The translations under genes were made by a program, and so were the position numbers. A stretch of 64,000 nucleotides of DNA from Omnitrophica WOR_2 bacterium RIFOXYA2_FULL_38_17 (lineage in GTDB: Bacteria > Omnitrophota > Gorgyraeia > Zapsychrales > Zapsychraceae): positions 3,680-67,679 of the forward strand of contig MHHG01000055.1 of the NCBI GenBank assembly GCA_001805965.1, given 5' to 3'. Shown here in pieces: positions 19,190 through 30,557 of this stretch. How positions within the stretch are numbered: position 1 is the stretch's first letter; each line of letters begins with the position of its first letter. The notes beneath the pieces were generated by a model. The model saw nothing but the letters and a program-made list of their open reading frames with translations. It did not search any database and was not told where the DNA came from.

Positions 19190-19477
19190 TTATGTTTTTT
19201 GATCGGCTTTCTTAGCTTTTACGCCACCGTGTTTCCTAAATGTCCTTGTCGCTGCAAATTCTCCGAATTTATAGCCAACCATATTTTCAGTAACAAATAC
19301 AGGAATATGTTTTTTTCCATTATAAACAGATACTGTAAAACCAACAAATTGTGGAGTAATTACTGATCTTCTTGACCAAGTCTTTATTGGTTGCCTCGAG
19401 CCTGTCTCGATCATCTTTATTAATTTCTTTTCCAATGATGGTTCTAAATATGGACCCTTTTTAATTGAACGTGGCAT
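19190..19477 (-). CDS. rpsS: 30S ribosomal protein S19
   Basis: [18 protein letters not shown]... is a canonical S19. Confidence 0.95.
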   Translation of the reverse strand: MPRSIKKGPYLEPSLEKKLIKMIETGSRQPIKTWSRRSVITPQFVGFTVSVYNGKKHIPVFVTENMVGYKFGEFAATRTFRKHGGVKAKKADQKT

Positions 19478-19478
19478 A

Positions 19479-20318
19479 CTATTTCGATCCTCTTCTTCTT
19501 ACAATATATTTTGATGAATATTTTCTCTTTTTACGAGTCTTGTATCCCTTAGTTGGTTTGCCCCATGGCGTAACAGGATGAGGATTTCCTTGAGGAGCTT
19601 TACCTTCACCACCACCATGTGGGTGATCAAACGGATTCATTGCAACGCCTCTAACATTGCCTTTTCTTCCCAACCAACGGCTTCTCCCAGCTTTTCCTAA
19701 AGAACGACTCTCATGCTCAACATTACCAATCTGACCAATTGTTGATCTGCAATCAATAGGAATCTTTCTAACTTCACTAGAAGGCATTCTGATAAAAGCA
19801 AAATCACCTTCTTTTGCCATAATCTGTGCCGATGTGCCCGCTGAACGAGCGATCTTGCCACCTTTGCCAGGTTTCATTTCTATATTATGAACTGCTGTTC
19901 CAAGTGGCATTTTCCTCAAAGGCAGGCAATTACCAGCTTTAAAATCAATATCTTTATCTAATGAGCTAACTACTTTATCCCCAACTTTAAGTTCTAAAGG
20001 TGCAAGGATGTATGACTTAATACCATCTTCATACTGGATCAAAGCAATTCTACAGCTTCTGTTTGGATCATATTCAATGCCTAAAACTTCTGCCTGAACA
20101 TCAATTTTATTCCTCTTAAAATCAACCATGCGGTACATTCTCTTATGGCCGCCGCTTCTGTATCGTGCAGTTACCCTACCGTTAGAATTGCGTCCACCAG
20201 ATTTCTTTAGCGGCTTTAATAATGACTTTTCAGGTTTCGATTTTGTAATTTCAGCAAAATCTGAAATCGCCGTATGTCTCAAACTACTAGTTGTTGGTTT
20301 AAATCTTCGTATTCCCAC
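19479..20318 (-). CDS. rplB: 50S ribosomal protein L2
   Basis: The 279-aa ORF has the conserved L2 core. Confidence 0.95.
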   Translation of the reverse strand: MGIRRFKPTTSSLRHTAISDFAEITKSKPEKSLLKPLKKSGGRNSNGRVTARYRSGGHKRMYRMVDFKRNKIDVQAEVLGIEYDPNRSCRIALIQYEDGIKSYILAPLELKVGDKVVSSLDKDIDFKAGNCLPLRKMPLGTAVHNIEMKPGKGGKIARSAGTSAQIMAKEGDFAFIRMPSSEVRKIPIDCRSTIGQIGNVEHESRSLGKAGRSRWLGRKGNVRGVAMNPFDHPHGGGEGKAPQGNPHPVTPWGKPTKGYKTRKKRKYSSKYIVRRRGSK

Positions 20319-20596
20319 TATGTTACCTCTATTTTTTCACCTTCTTTAAGTGTCACAATTGCTTTTTTCCAAGGAGTTGTTTTACCTTGAGCCTGTCTAA
20401 CTCTTTTTAATTTTGCTTTCATCATATTAGTGTTAACTGCCTGGACCTTTACTTTGTATATCTCTTCAATCGCTTTCTTGATCTCTATCTTGTTTGCCTT
20501 TGAAGCAACTTGAAAAAGATATTTTCTGTCAGGCTCCTGCATCGTACCTTTTTCAGTACGAACTAAAGTTTTAATTATATCGTAACAAGTAATCAC
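20318..20596 (-). CDS. rplW: 50S ribosomal protein L23
   Basis: The 92-aa ORF has the L23 fold. Confidence 0.9.
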   Translation of the reverse strand: MITCYDIIKTLVRTEKGTMQEPDRKYLFQVASKANKIEIKKAIEEIYKVKVQAVNTNMMKAKLKRVRQAQGKTTPWKKAIVTLKEGEKIEVT

Positions 20597-21216
20597 TTTT
20601 TAATCCTATCCCTTAAATTCTGTAATGCTGTTTTTGTAACCAAAATATTTTTATTCTTCAAAATATCATACGCATTTATGTCCTGTGACCTCATCAAGCT
20701 CAATCTAGGAATATTGCGAGATACCCTTGTTATGCTTTCATCACAACCATCAAGAATGGCAAGTATCCTTCCAGAAAGTTTTAAATTTTTTAGGATTTCT
20801 ACAAATTCTTTTGTCTTGCTCAATGCATCAGTAAGATCATCAATGCAACAAAATTTATTTTCATTAACCTTAACTTTCAAGCTTTCAACTAAAGCAGCCT
20901 TCTTGATTTTCTTTGGAAGGGTATAACCAAAATCTCTCGGGTGAGGGCCAAAAACTATGCCGCCTTTATGCCATAAAGGAGACCTGCTTGAACCTGCCCT
21001 AGCACGACCTGTACCTTTTTGTCTAAAAGGTTTTTTTCCTCCACCAGAAACAAATGCCCTTTCTTTCGTCGAAGCATTACCCTGTCGCAATGAAGCTTGG
21101 TACATTACAACAGCCTGATGAACAACATCAGCATTCACTCTTCCTTCAAAAATATCCGAAAGATCTATCTGCTCTTTTTCTTTTCCTTTAATATCTAAGA
21201 CAGCAACTTTTGACAC
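20593..21216 (-). CDS. rplD: 50S ribosomal protein L4
   Basis: The 207-aa ORF has the L4 core. Confidence 0.9.
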   Translation of the reverse strand: MSKVAVLDIKGKEKEQIDLSDIFEGRVNADVVHQAVVMYQASLRQGNASTKERAFVSGGGKKPFRQKGTGRARAGSSRSPLWHKGGIVFGPHPRDFGYTLPKKIKKAALVESLKVKVNENKFCCIDDLTDALSKTKEFVEILKNLKLSGRILAILDGCDESITRVSRNIPRLSLMRSQDINAYDILKNKNILVTKTALQNLRDRIKK

Positions 21217-21217
21217 T

Positions 21218-21925
21218 TTACTTTTTACCTTTCACATTTGCCTTGCTTTGCTTCATAGGATTAATCTTGTGTTTCACAACAGCTCTCTTCTCATCCAAAG
21301 ATTTATACTGTTTCTTTACAGAACGATTAACAGATACAATTGAATTCTGATGACCTACAACCGCACCTTTAATCAGCACTATGTTATTTTCAACATCGAC
21401 GTCCAATACTCTAAGTCCTTGAACAGTTGCTTTTTTCCCGCCCATTCTTCCCGGCATATTCGTTCCTTTTAAAGTTCTTGAAGGATCCGCACTTGAACCG
21501 ATCGAACCAACTCTTCTATGATGCATCGAACCATGTGCAGCAGGTCCGCCTGACCAATGCCATCTCTTCATACCACCTTGAAATCCTTTACCAACAGATG
21601 TACCTATAACATCAACATAATCACCCGGCCTGAAAAAGTCAGCTTTGATCTCCTGCCCAACTGAATAATCTTTGTTATCTGTTGAATTAAATTCTTGCAT
21701 GTAACGCTTTGCCTCAACCCCAACTTTCTTAAAAAGGCCTGCTTCAGATTTTCTTAATTTTGATTCCTTTATGGTCTCAAAACCGATCTTGACCTTCATC
21801 GGAGCATCCTTTAACTCCAATATCGTACAGGGCCCAACTTCTACGACAGTAACTGGAAAAACGTTTCCATCCTTGTCGAATATTTGAGTCATACCAAGTT
21901 TTCTACCTAATAAACCTCTTATCAT
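21218..21925 (-). CDS. rplC: 50S ribosomal protein L3
   Basis: MIRGLLGRKLGMTQIFD... is a canonical L3. Confidence 0.95.
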   Translation of the reverse strand: MIRGLLGRKLGMTQIFDKDGNVFPVTVVEVGPCTILELKDAPMKVKIGFETIKESKLRKSEAGLFKKVGVEAKRYMQEFNSTDNKDYSVGQEIKADFFRPGDYVDVIGTSVGKGFQGGMKRWHWSGGPAAHGSMHHRRVGSIGSSADPSRTLKGTNMPGRMGGKKATVQGLRVLDVDVENNIVLIKGAVVGHQNSIVSVNRSVKKQYKSLDEKRAVVKHKINPMKQSKANVKGKK

Positions 21926-21936
21926 TTTATCTCTCT

Positions 21937-22239
21937 TTACTGCTTAATTTCCACATCAACACCAGCAGGCAAATTAAGTTTTCTTAATGCCTCAACTGTT
22001 TTTGCTGTAGGTTCAATTAAATCTATAAGCCTCTTGTGAGTTGCTAAACCAAACTGCTCTCTTGATTTTTTATCTATAACCGGAGATCTTAATACCGTAT
22101 AAAGTTCTTTTTTTGTAGGCAATGGAACCGGTCCGGAAATTTTAGCTCCAGTACGAATTGCAGTATCAACAATTTCCTGAGCTGACTGGTCAATTATCCT
22201 ATGATCAAATGCTTTTAATTTTATACGTATTTTTTGCAT
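21937..22239 (-). CDS. rpsJ: 30S ribosomal protein S10
   Basis: [19 protein letters not shown]... is a canonical S10. Confidence 0.95.
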   Translation of the reverse strand: MQKIRIKLKAFDHRIIDQSAQEIVDTAIRTGAKISGPVPLPTKKELYTVLRSPVIDKKSREQFGLATHKRLIDLIEPTAKTVEALRKLNLPAGVDVEIKQ

Positions 22240-22261
22240 ATTTATCTCCGCAAATTGTTGC

Positions 22262-22284
22262 CTTGGGGAACATTAAGTTCCCCA
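22262..22284 (-). promoter_or_regulatory. Perfect 9-bp stem hairpin (TTGGGGAAC-ttaat-GTTCCCCAA) between tuf and rpsJ
   Basis: Read directly from the sequence. The stem is GC-rich relative to the surrounding DNA and no U-tract follows. It is a candidate S10-operon leader, attenuator or processing structure. Confidence 0.4.
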
Positions 22285-22303
22285 AAACAGCAATTATATT
22301 TTT

Positions 22304-23497
22304 TTAACTAATAACCTCATGAATAACACCAGCGCCAACTGTACGTCCACCTTCACGAATTGCAAAACGCAACTCTTTTTCCATAGCGATTGGCTGAATT
22401 AGTTCAACTTCCATTTCAATGTTATCTCCTGGCATACACATTTCAATACCTTCAGGAAGTAAAGCCGTTCCAGTAACATCTGTAGTTCTAAAATAAAACT
22501 GTGGCCTATATCCTTTAAAGAAAGGAGTATGACGACCGCCTTCTTCCTTTGTTAAGATATATGCTTTTGCCTTGAACTTGGTATGTGGAGTTATTGAACC
22601 TATCTTTGCAAGAACTTGACCTCTTTCAATTGCTTCCTTATCTATACCTCTTAAAAGAAGACCGACGTTATCGCCTGCATGTCCCTCATCCATTTCTTTA
22701 CGGAACATTTCGACACCAGTTACAACCGTCTTAAGTACTTCTTTTTTCATGCCAACTATCTCTATTTCTTCCCCAACCTTGACAGTTCCTCTTTCAATTC
22801 TTCCAGTAGCAACAGTTCCTCTACCAGAAATTGAGAAAACGTCTTCAACAGCCATTAAGAATGCCTTATCAAGCTCTCTTATTGGGTCGACAAAATAATC
22901 ATCAACCGCCTGCATTAAATCTAAAATAGGTTTTGCTTTTTCTGCATCATCTGGATTTTCCAAAGCATGTAAAGCACTTCCCATGATTATTGGGATATTA
23001 TCTCCGTCATATTTGTATTTTGAAAGAAGCTCTCTAAGCTCCATCTCAACTAACTCAAGAAGTTCTTTATCTTCTACCTGGTCACACTTGTTCAAGAAAA
23101 CAATTAATGAAGGAACATTTACCTGGCGAGCTAAAAGAATATGCTCTTTTGTTTGAGGCATAGCGCCATCTGCAGCAGAAACAACTAAAATTGCTCCATC
23201 CATTTGAGCTGCACCTGTGATCATATTTTTAATATAATCAGCATGTCCAGGACAATCAATATGAGCATAATGCCTTTTTTCTGTTTCATACTCAAGATGA
23301 GCAATATTGATTGTAACTCCACGTTCTTTTTCTTCTGGAGCGTTATCAATTGATGCATAGTCTCTTACTTTAGCTAAACCTTTTTTTGCCAGGATAGTTG
23401 TAATAGCGGCACTCAAGGTAGTTTTTCCATGATCAACGTGACCGATTGTTCCAATGTTCATGTGCGGCTTATTACGTACGAATTTTTCCTTAGCCAT
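22304..23497 (-). CDS. tuf: Elongation factor Tu
   Basis: The 397-aa ORF has [18 protein letters not shown] and NKCD GTPase motifs. Confidence 0.97.
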   Translation of the reverse strand: MAKEKFVRNKPHMNIGTIGHVDHGKTTLSAAITTILAKKGLAKVRDYASIDNAPEEKERGVTINIAHLEYETEKRHYAHIDCPGHADYIKNMITGAAQMDGAILVVSAADGAMPQTKEHILLARQVNVPSLIVFLNKCDQVEDKELLELVEMELRELLSKYKYDGDNIPIIMGSALHALENPDDAEKAKPILDLMQAVDDYFVDPIRELDKAFLMAVEDVFSISGRGTVATGRIERGTVKVGEEIEIVGMKKEVLKTVVTGVEMFRKEMDEGHAGDNVGLLLRGIDKEAIERGQVLAKIGSITPHTKFKAKAYILTKEEGGRHTPFFKGYRPQFYFRTTDVTGTALLPEGIEMCMPGDNIEMEVELIQPIAMEKELRFAIREGGRTVGAGVIHEVIS

Positions 23498-23545
23498 AAT
23501 ATTCCTCCTCCTTTTTAGATAAAAATCTATTTAAAACTCTATTTT

Positions 23546-25645
23546 TTAACCTTTTTTACCTGCTGCTTGCTGTTTTGCGCCAACAATCTTTTCAGCTACA
23601 TATTTAGGAACTTCTGAATAATACGATGGTTCCATTGAAAATGATGCACGGCCTTGGGTTAATGAACGAACAGCATTAACATAATTAAACATCTCTGCTA
23701 GAGGAACATCACATCTCGCTGTCTTTAAATTTCCTCTTGTCCCAAGATTTACAATTTGTGCTCTTCTCTGGTTAAGATCGCCAAGAACCGCACTCATAAA
23801 TTCTTCTGGTGATGTGACCTCTATATCCATAATCGGCTCTAAAAATACTGACTTTCCTTTATGTAAAGCATCTTTCAACGCATTCTTCGCAGCCAACTGA
23901 AAAGCCAACTCACTTGAATCAACCTCATGATAGGAACCGTCTACCAGCGTTACAGTAAAATCGACAACCGGGTAACCAGCTAAAATACCGTTTAAAGCAC
24001 CTTCTCTAATACCTTTTTCTATCGGTTTAATATATTCCCTTGGAATTGATCCTCCCTTTATCATATCGATAAAAATAATTCCTTTGACCTTGTCTTCATT
24101 AGGCTCAACGCTAATAACAACATGACCATACTGTCCACGTCCACCACTTTGCGAAACATGTTTTCCAACAACCCCTACAACTTTTTGTGTTATTGTTTCT
24201 TTATATGCAACCTCAGGACGTCCGACTGTCGTCTCTAGGTTAAACTCTCTTTTCATTCTATCAACTATTATTTCTAAGTGAAGTTCACCCATACCCGAAA
24301 TAATTGTTTGGGCTGTTTCATGATCATAATCTACTCTTAACGATGGATCTTCATCTAAAAATTTTCTCAAAGTCAATCCCAATTTATCTGAATCAGCCTT
24401 TGTTTTAGGCTCAATAGACATTGAAACTACAGGCTCAGGAATCTTCATGTTCTCTAATAAAATCTTGTGATCAAAATCACAAAGAGTGTTTCCTGATTTT
24501 GTTTCTTTCAAACCAACAAGAGCAACGATCTCACCAGCAGAAGCTTTTGTCACAATTTCTTGTTTATTAGAATGCATGATAACTATCTTAGAAATTCTTT
24601 CTTTTTTCTTCTCAGATGAGTTATATACTTGATCTCCAGCCGTGATAGTTCCTGAATAGATCCTTGTATAGAACAATTTACCGACATAAGGATCTGTAGC
24701 TACCTTAAATACAAGAGCACTTAACGGGGCATCATCTTTTACTTCATAGGCTTTTTGTTCTTCTGTGCTAGGGTCGATTCCAGGAACAGCAGGAACATCA
24801 AGAGGTGAAGGCAAATAATCACAAATAGCATCTAACACCAACTGAACGCCTTTATTTCTAAGAGCTGTTCCACAAAGAACTGGCAAAAATGCATTCTTGC
24901 AAACTGCCCGTCTAATCGCCGCTTTAAGATCTTTGATTGGTATCTCACGCTCTTCAAAGAATTTTTCCATAATCTCATCATCCCCATCTGCCAATCTTTC
25001 AATCATAGTAGCTCTGAACTCTTCAACCTTTTCCTTTAAATGCTCAGGCACTTCTAATACATCTATCACACTACCTTCATCATCCATATAAACGTGATAT
25101 TTTCTTTCAATAAGATCAATTATCCCTTTGAATTTTTCCTCTGATGCATCAGGCAATTGAATTGCTGCAGCATTCGCTCCCAGCCTGTCATGAATTTCAC
25201 CTAATACACGTTCAAAGCTTGCACCTAATCTATCCAACTTATTGATAAAAGCCAGCCTAGGAACATGATAGCGATCAGCTTGACGCCAAACAGTTTCGGT
25301 CTGTGACTGAACACCGCTTGTTGCACAAAGAACAACAACTGCACCATCCAAAACTTTCAAAGAGCGCTCAACTTCAACAGTAAAGTCAACGTGTCCAGGC
25401 GTATCAATTATATTTATCTTTTTATTTTTCCAACCACAAGTCGTATTAGCAGCAGTTATCGTAATACCCCGTTCCTGCTCTTGCTCCATCCAATCCATGG
25501 TTGCATTACCTTCATCAACCGTACCCATCTTATGGATGACACCAGTATAAAACAATATACGCTCTGTTGTAGTTGTTTTACCCGCATCAATATGCGCAAT
25601 AATGCCTGTGTTTCTATAATCTTTTAAGGGAGTTATTTCTGCCAT
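23546..25645 (-). CDS. fusA: Elongation factor G
   Basis: The 699-aa ORF has [17 protein letters not shown] and NKLD motifs. Confidence 0.97.
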   Translation of the reverse strand: MAEITPLKDYRNTGIIAHIDAGKTTTTERILFYTGVIHKMGTVDEGNATMDWMEQEQERGITITAANTTCGWKNKKINIIDTPGHVDFTVEVERSLKVLDGAVVVLCATSGVQSQTETVWRQADRYHVPRLAFINKLDRLGASFERVLGEIHDRLGANAAAIQLPDASEEKFKGIIDLIERKYHVYMDDEGSVIDVLEVPEHLKEKVEEFRATMIERLADGDDEIMEKFFEEREIPIKDLKAAIRRAVCKNAFLPVLCGTALRNKGVQLVLDAICDYLPSPLDVPAVPGIDPSTEEQKAYEVKDDAPLSALVFKVATDPYVGKLFYTRIYSGTITAGDQVYNSSEKKKERISKIVIMHSNKQEIVTKASAGEIVALVGLKETKSGNTLCDFDHKILLENMKIPEPVVSMSIEPKTKADSDKLGLTLRKFLDEDPSLRVDYDHETAQTIISGMGELHLEIIVDRMKREFNLETTVGRPEVAYKETITQKVVGVVGKHVSQSGGRGQYGHVVISVEPNEDKVKGIIFIDMIKGGSIPREYIKPIEKGIREGALNGILAGYPVVDFTVTLVDGSYHEVDSSELAFQLAAKNALKDALHKGKSVFLEPIMDIEVTSPEEFMSAVLGDLNQRRAQIVNLGTRGNLKTARCDVPLAEMFNYVNAVRSLTQGRASFSMEPSYYSEVPKYVAEKIVGAKQQAAGKKG

Positions 25646-25646
25646 A

Positions 25647-26117
25647 TTACCACCTCAAATGCGAAAACGCTTTATTCGCATCAGCCATCTTATGCGTATC
25701 ATCTCGTTTTTTTACCGCAGCGCCTTCCCCTTTATATGCAGCCAAAAACTCATCAGCCAATTTATTCTGCATTGGTTTCCCTTTTTTCTTCCTAGCAAAA
25801 TCTCTAATCCATCTCATAGCCAAAGCATTACCCCTAGCAATAGGAACTTCAATAGGAACCTGATATGTAGCTCCACCCACTCTTCTTGCTTTAACTTCAA
25901 GTTTTGGGCGTGCATTTTCCATAGCTTTATTAAAAACTTTTAATGCATTTGTTTCTTGTGTCTTTTGTTCTAATATTTCAAAAGCACAATAAACTATATT
26001 TTCAGCAACATTCTTTTTTCCATGTCGCATAAGATTATTAATAAAATTAGCAACTAGCTTACTATTATATTTTGGATCCGGAGCCGGTTCTCTTTTTTCT
26101 GCTTTTCGTCTTCTCAT
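25647..26117 (-). CDS. rpsG: 30S ribosomal protein S7
   Basis: The 156-aa ORF has the S7 core. Confidence 0.95.
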   Translation of the reverse strand: MRRRKAEKREPAPDPKYNSKLVANFINNLMRHGKKNVAENIVYCAFEILEQKTQETNALKVFNKAMENARPKLEVKARRVGGATYQVPIEVPIARGNALAMRWIRDFARKKKGKPMQNKLADEFLAAYKGEGAAVKKRDDTHKMADANKAFSHLRW

Positions 26118-26122
26118 TTTAT

Positions 26123-26497
26123 TTATTTTTCTTCTTTCTTTGTTCCGTATTTAGAACGCGATTTTTTTCTTTTTGCAACACCTGAAGTATCCAATGATCC
26201 ACGAACAATGTGATATCTAACACCAGGTAAATCTTTTACTCTTCCACCTCTGATCAACACAATAGAGTGTTCTTGTAAATTGTGACCTTCTCCTGGAATG
26301 TAAGAAGTAACTTCAAATTTGTTTGACAATCTCACCCTGGCTATTTTGCGCAATGCTGAGTTAGGCTTTTTAGGTGTCATTGTTTTTACTTGTAAACAAA
26401 CACCTCTTTTAAAAGGACTATCTTGCAATGCAGGTGATTTAGTCTTCTTCCTTTTCTGAACCCTGCTCTTCCTGATCAACTGCTGTATCGTCGGCAT
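26123..26497 (-). CDS. rpsL: 30S ribosomal protein S12
   Basis: [34 protein letters not shown]... is a canonical S12 N-terminus. Confidence 0.95.
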   Translation of the reverse strand: MPTIQQLIRKSRVQKRKKTKSPALQDSPFKRGVCLQVKTMTPKKPNSALRKIARVRLSNKFEVTSYIPGEGHNLQEHSIVLIRGGRVKDLPGVRYHIVRGSLDTSGVAKRKKSRSKYGTKKEEK

Positions 26498-29400
26498 ATT
26501 TCACCATTTCCACTTCGTTATATTGTTTTAAACCTGTACCTGCAGGGATCAAATGCCCCACAATTACGTTCTCTTTCAAGCCACAAAGAAGGTCAATTCT
26601 ACCAGAAGCCGCTGCCTCTGTCAAGACCCTTGTTGTTTCTTGAAAACTTGCTGAAGAAATAAAGCTCCCCGTCGTTAAAGATACTTTTGTAATACCTAAC
26701 AACAACGGTGTGGCTTGGGCCGGCTTACCTTTCTTTTTCAAAACAGCTTCATTTGCTTTCTTAAAAGTATTTCTGTCTACCTGCTCGCCAACAAAAAGAT
26801 TAGTATCTCCAGCATCTTCTATTTTAACCTTCTTTAACATTTGAGATATTATAAGCTCAATATGTTTATCATTAATACGAACTCCCTGCAACCTATAAAC
26901 TTCTTGGACCTCATTTAACAAATACTCCTGCAAAACCTTGTCGCCGCAAACCCTTAAGATATCGTGCGGAACAACCGGGCCATCAGTCAACTGTTGGCCT
27001 GCAAAAACTCTATCGTTCTTATATACGTTTGGATGTTTTCCATGAGGGATCGTATACTCAGAAGACATACCAGACTCGCTCTTGACAATAATCGTTCTTC
27101 TTCCTTTTTTGTCTTCGCCAAATTCAACAATACCATCAAGCTCACTGATAACAGCTGGGTCTTTAGGCTTTCTTGCTTCAAACAACTCAGCAACTCTAGG
27201 AAGACCACCAGTAATATCTCTTGTTTTACCAGCTCCTCTTGGAATCTTAGCAATTAAATCACCGGCGCTAACCTCCTGCTTATCTTTAACAAGAATGTGA
27301 GCACCAATAGAAATCGAGTAAATACCGACTATCTCTTGTTTGTCATCAGTAATAATTATCTGAGGATGATATTCACGTCTATGCTCGACAACAACTCGCT
27401 CAGTAACACCTGTAATAGGATTTTTTTCTTCCTGAACTGTTACATCTGCAATCAGGTCTTCGGAATGAACATATCCTTTAACCTCTGTAATAATTGGGAC
27501 TGTGTATGGATCCCAGGTTACAAATATTTTATCTTTATCAATTTCCGAGCCATCAGTAGCTTTAATAGCTGCACCCTGAGGTAATTGATAACGCTCAAAT
27601 TCACGACCATATTCATTATTGATACTAACTGAACCATTTCGGTTCAGGACAATATATTCTTTGTTCTTCTCTACAACTCTTAACTGATGATACTTTAATG
27701 TACCTGAATTCTTGGCCTTGTAGAATGACTGTTCAATAGCGCGTGAAGCTGTTCCACCGATATGGAAAGTACGCATAGTAAGCTGTGTACCAGGCTCACC
27801 GATACTTTGTGCAGCAATAATACCGACTGCTTCGCCAATTTCAACCATTCTTTTTGTTGCCAAATTTCTTCCATAACACTTAACACAAAGTCCATGCTCT
27901 GCCTCACATGTAAGAACGCTTCGAATCCTTACCTTTTCAATACCCAAATGCTCTATAAACTCTGCTGTTTCCTCGGTAATAACTTGACCCGCTTCAACAA
28001 CTTTATGATCAGTAACAATATCTACTATACTGTCTAATGCAACTCTTCCTGAAATTCGCTCTTTCAAACTAACAACCAGCTCATCACCTTCAACAATCGC
28101 CGAAACCGTGATCCCATTCATCGTGCCGCAATCTTCTTCCATGATAACCTGCTCTTGAGCAACGTCAACCAAACGTCGAGTAAGATAACCGGCATCCGCT
28201 GTCTTAAGAGCCGTGTCAGCTAAACCTTTACGAGCACCATGAGTTGAAATAAAATATTCCAGAACAGTCAACCCTTCACGGAAACTAGCTGTAATAGGAT
28301 TCTCAATGATCTCTCCAGAAGGCTTAGCCATCAGACCACGCATACCTGAGAGCTGTCGAATCTGCAAACGAGAACCCCTCGCCCCGGAATCTGCCATAAT
28401 AAACACAGGATTTAAAGGGTCCATTCTTTTAAAGACAAGATCAGAAATAGTTTCTGTCGTATGTGTCCAAATATCAATTACCTTGTTATAACGCTCTCTT
28501 CCGGTAATAATACCTTTAGAATATTGATCTTCAACTTTGTGGATCTCCTGACTTGATAATTTTAAGATCTCTTTCTTTTCCTTTGGAACAGTCAAATCAG
28601 TAATACTGATCGAAATGCCTGCTAAAGTAGCATTTTTAAAACCAAGATCTTTTAGGTCATCCAAAAGCTTAATAGTAGTATCCTGTCCAAACCTTTCATA
28701 ACAATCTGAAACAACTGCACCAATTTTCTTTTTGGTAAGTAAATCATTAACGAAGCCAAAACCTTCCGGCAACAGTTCATTTAATAGAACCCGACCGATT
28801 GTCGTTTCAATAATACTAAGCTTAGCTGCATCTTTATTTTTTGCTGCCTCACCTTTAATCGCCGCCTCTTGCGAAATAATCATTGACGGCTTTTCATCTC
28901 CCCAAACCTGACCATCAATCCTTAATTTAATCCTATCCTGCAGGCAGAACAACCCGTCATCAAAGGCAATTACTGCTTCTTCTTTTGAAGAAAAGACCTT
29001 TGTCTCCTTGTTATTTTCATCACGTTCATTTGTCAGGTAATACAAGCCTAAAACAACATCTTGTGACGGAGAAATAACTGGCCTACCATCAGCAGGCGAG
29101 AACAAATTATTAATTGATAATAACTGCAATCTGCATTCTATTTGAGCTTCCAATGATAAAGGAACATGAACCGCCATTTGGTCCCCGTCAAAATCAGCAT
29201 TAAATGCAGCACAAACTAACGGATGTAATTTAATTGCTTTGCCTTCAACGAGAATTGGATAAAATGCCTGTATACTTAATCTATGCAAAGTAGGAGCACG
29301 GTTAAGCATAATAGGATGGTCTTGAATTACCTCATCTAAAATGTCCCAAACCTCGATCTTTGCTCTCTCTACCATTCTTTTTGCACCTTTTATAGTGTGC

Positions 29401-30557
29401 ACAAAACCTTTTTCACGCAATTTCCTAATAATGAATGGCTCAAAAAGCTCAAGCGCCATTTTCTTTGGTAAACCGCATTGATGCAATTTCAAGTTAGGAC
29501 CAACAACAATTACAGACCTTCCTGAATAATCAACACGTTTACCCAAAAGATTCATTCTGAATCTTCCCTGCTTGCCCTTAAGCATATCAGAAAGTGATTT
29601 AAGCGGCCTGTTGCCTGAGCCCAAAACTGGTCTTCCGTGTCTGCCATTATCTAAAAGTGCATCGACTGATTCCTGAAGCATTCTCTTTTCATTCCTACAA
29701 ATGATTTCTGGAGCTTTTAGATCCATCAACTTCTTTAAACGATTATTTCTATTAATTACCCGCCTATAGAGATCATTAAGATCTGACGTAGCAAATCTTC
29801 CACCTTCTAGCGGAACTAAGGGCCTTAGGTCTGGAGGAATAACAGGTAATGCATCCAGAACCATCCACTCAGAGAGATTTTCAGAATTATTATAGTCATC
29901 AACTATTTTCAAAGTCTTTGCTAATTTTTTTGCATTTGTTCCTGCTGGATTGGCTTTTTCAAGATCTTTTCTAACTTTTTTACAAAGAGCGCTCAAATCT
30001 AAATCCTTCAAAATATCTTTAACCGCAGCCGCACCAATTTTAGCCTTGAATGAAGCACCATACTTAACTAGAGCTTCTTGATATTGGTCTTCTGATAAAA
30101 ACTGGCTTTTCTTCAAGGGAGTATCACCCGGATCAATAACAATATATTCTTCGTAATAAATAAGTTTTTCTAGATCTCTAAGACTGATTTGCAATAATGC
30201 AGCTAAACGGCTGGGAACTGCTTTGTAGAACCAAATATGAGTAACTGGGCATGCTAACTCAATATGGCCCATTCTTTCCCTGCGAACAGATGAACGGGTC
30301 ACGGTAACACCGCATCGGTCACAAGTTATGCCTTTAAATTTTATACCTTTATATTTGCCGCAGTTACATTCCCAGTCCCTCACTGGGCCAAAAATCTTTT
30401 CACAAAAAAGGCCATCCTTTTCGGGCTTTAAAGTGCGATAATTAAGAGTTTCTGCCTTCTTAACCATTCCGCTTGACCAAGAACGAATAACCTCTGGAGA
30501 TGCAATCTGAATAGTAATCCTATCTTGATTCTTTATATCTTCTTTTTTCTTAATCAT
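26439..30557 (-). CDS. rpoC: DNA-directed RNA polymerase beta' subunit
   Basis: The 1372-aa ORF has zinc-binding CNCGKY...C and the NADFDGD catalytic motif. Its acidic C-terminal tail overlaps the rpsL start by 59 nt. Confidence 0.97.
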   Translation of the reverse strand: MIKKKEDIKNQDRITIQIASPEVIRSWSSGMVKKAETLNYRTLKPEKDGLFCEKIFGPVRDWECNCGKYKGIKFKGITCDRCGVTVTRSSVRRERMGHIELACPVTHIWFYKAVPSRLAALLQISLRDLEKLIYYEEYIVIDPGDTPLKKSQFLSEDQYQEALVKYGASFKAKIGAAAVKDILKDLDLSALCKKVRKDLEKANPAGTNAKKLAKTLKIVDDYNNSENLSEWMVLDALPVIPPDLRPLVPLEGGRFATSDLNDLYRRVINRNNRLKKLMDLKAPEIICRNEKRMLQESVDALLDNGRHGRPVLGSGNRPLKSLSDMLKGKQGRFRMNLLGKRVDYSGRSVIVVGPNLKLHQCGLPKKMALELFEPFIIRKLREKGFVHTIKGAKRMVERAKIEVWDILDEVIQDHPIMLNRAPTLHRLSIQAFYPILVEGKAIKLHPLVCAAFNADFDGDQMAVHVPLSLEAQIECRLQLLSINNLFSPADGRPVISPSQDVVLGLYYLTNERDENNKETKVFSSKEEAVIAFDDGLFCLQDRIKLRIDGQVWGDEKPSMIISQEAAIKGEAAKNKDAAKLSIIETTIGRVLLNELLPEGFGFVNDLLTKKKIGAVVSDCYERFGQDTTIKLLDDLKDLGFKNATLAGISISITDLTVPKEKKEILKLSSQEIHKVEDQYSKGIITGRERYNKVIDIWTHTTETISDLVFKRMDPLNPVFIMADSGARGSRLQIRQLSGMRGLMAKPSGEIIENPITASFREGLTVLEYFISTHGARKGLADTALKTADAGYLTRRLVDVAQEQVIMEEDCGTMNGITVSAIVEGDELVVSLKERISGRVALDSIVDIVTDHKVVEAGQVITEETAEFIEHLGIEKVRIRSVLTCEAEHGLCVKCYGRNLATKRMVEIGEAVGIIAAQSIGEPGTQLTMRTFHIGGTASRAIEQSFYKAKNSGTLKYHQLRVVEKNKEYIVLNRNGSVSINNEYGREFERYQLPQGAAIKATDGSEIDKDKIFVTWDPYTVPIITEVKGYVHSEDLIADVTVQEEKNPITGVTERVVVEHRREYHPQIIITDDKQEIVGIYSISIGAHILVKDKQEVSAGDLIAKIPRGAGKTRDITGGLPRVAELFEARKPKDPAVISELDGIVEFGEDKKGRRTIIVKSESGMSSEYTIPHGKHPNVYKNDRVFAGQQLTDGPVVPHDILRVCGDKVLQEYLLNEVQEVYRLQGVRINDKHIELIISQMLKKVKIEDAGDTNLFVGEQVDRNTFKKANEAVLKKKGKPAQATPLLLGITKVSLTTGSFISSASFQETTRVLTEAAASGRIDLLCGLKENVIVGHLIPAGTGLKQYNEVEMVKYADDTAVDQEEQGSEKEED

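Noticed and set aside
26964-28491. Cluster of plus-strand ORFs (60-100 aa) inside rpoC, with similar ones in rpoB, fusA, secY, pilQ and elsewhere
   Set aside because: They are antisense to long, strongly conserved minus-strand genes. Their low-complexity S/L/F-rich translations are typical of reverse-frame artefacts in AT-rich DNA. No RBS or homology supports them.
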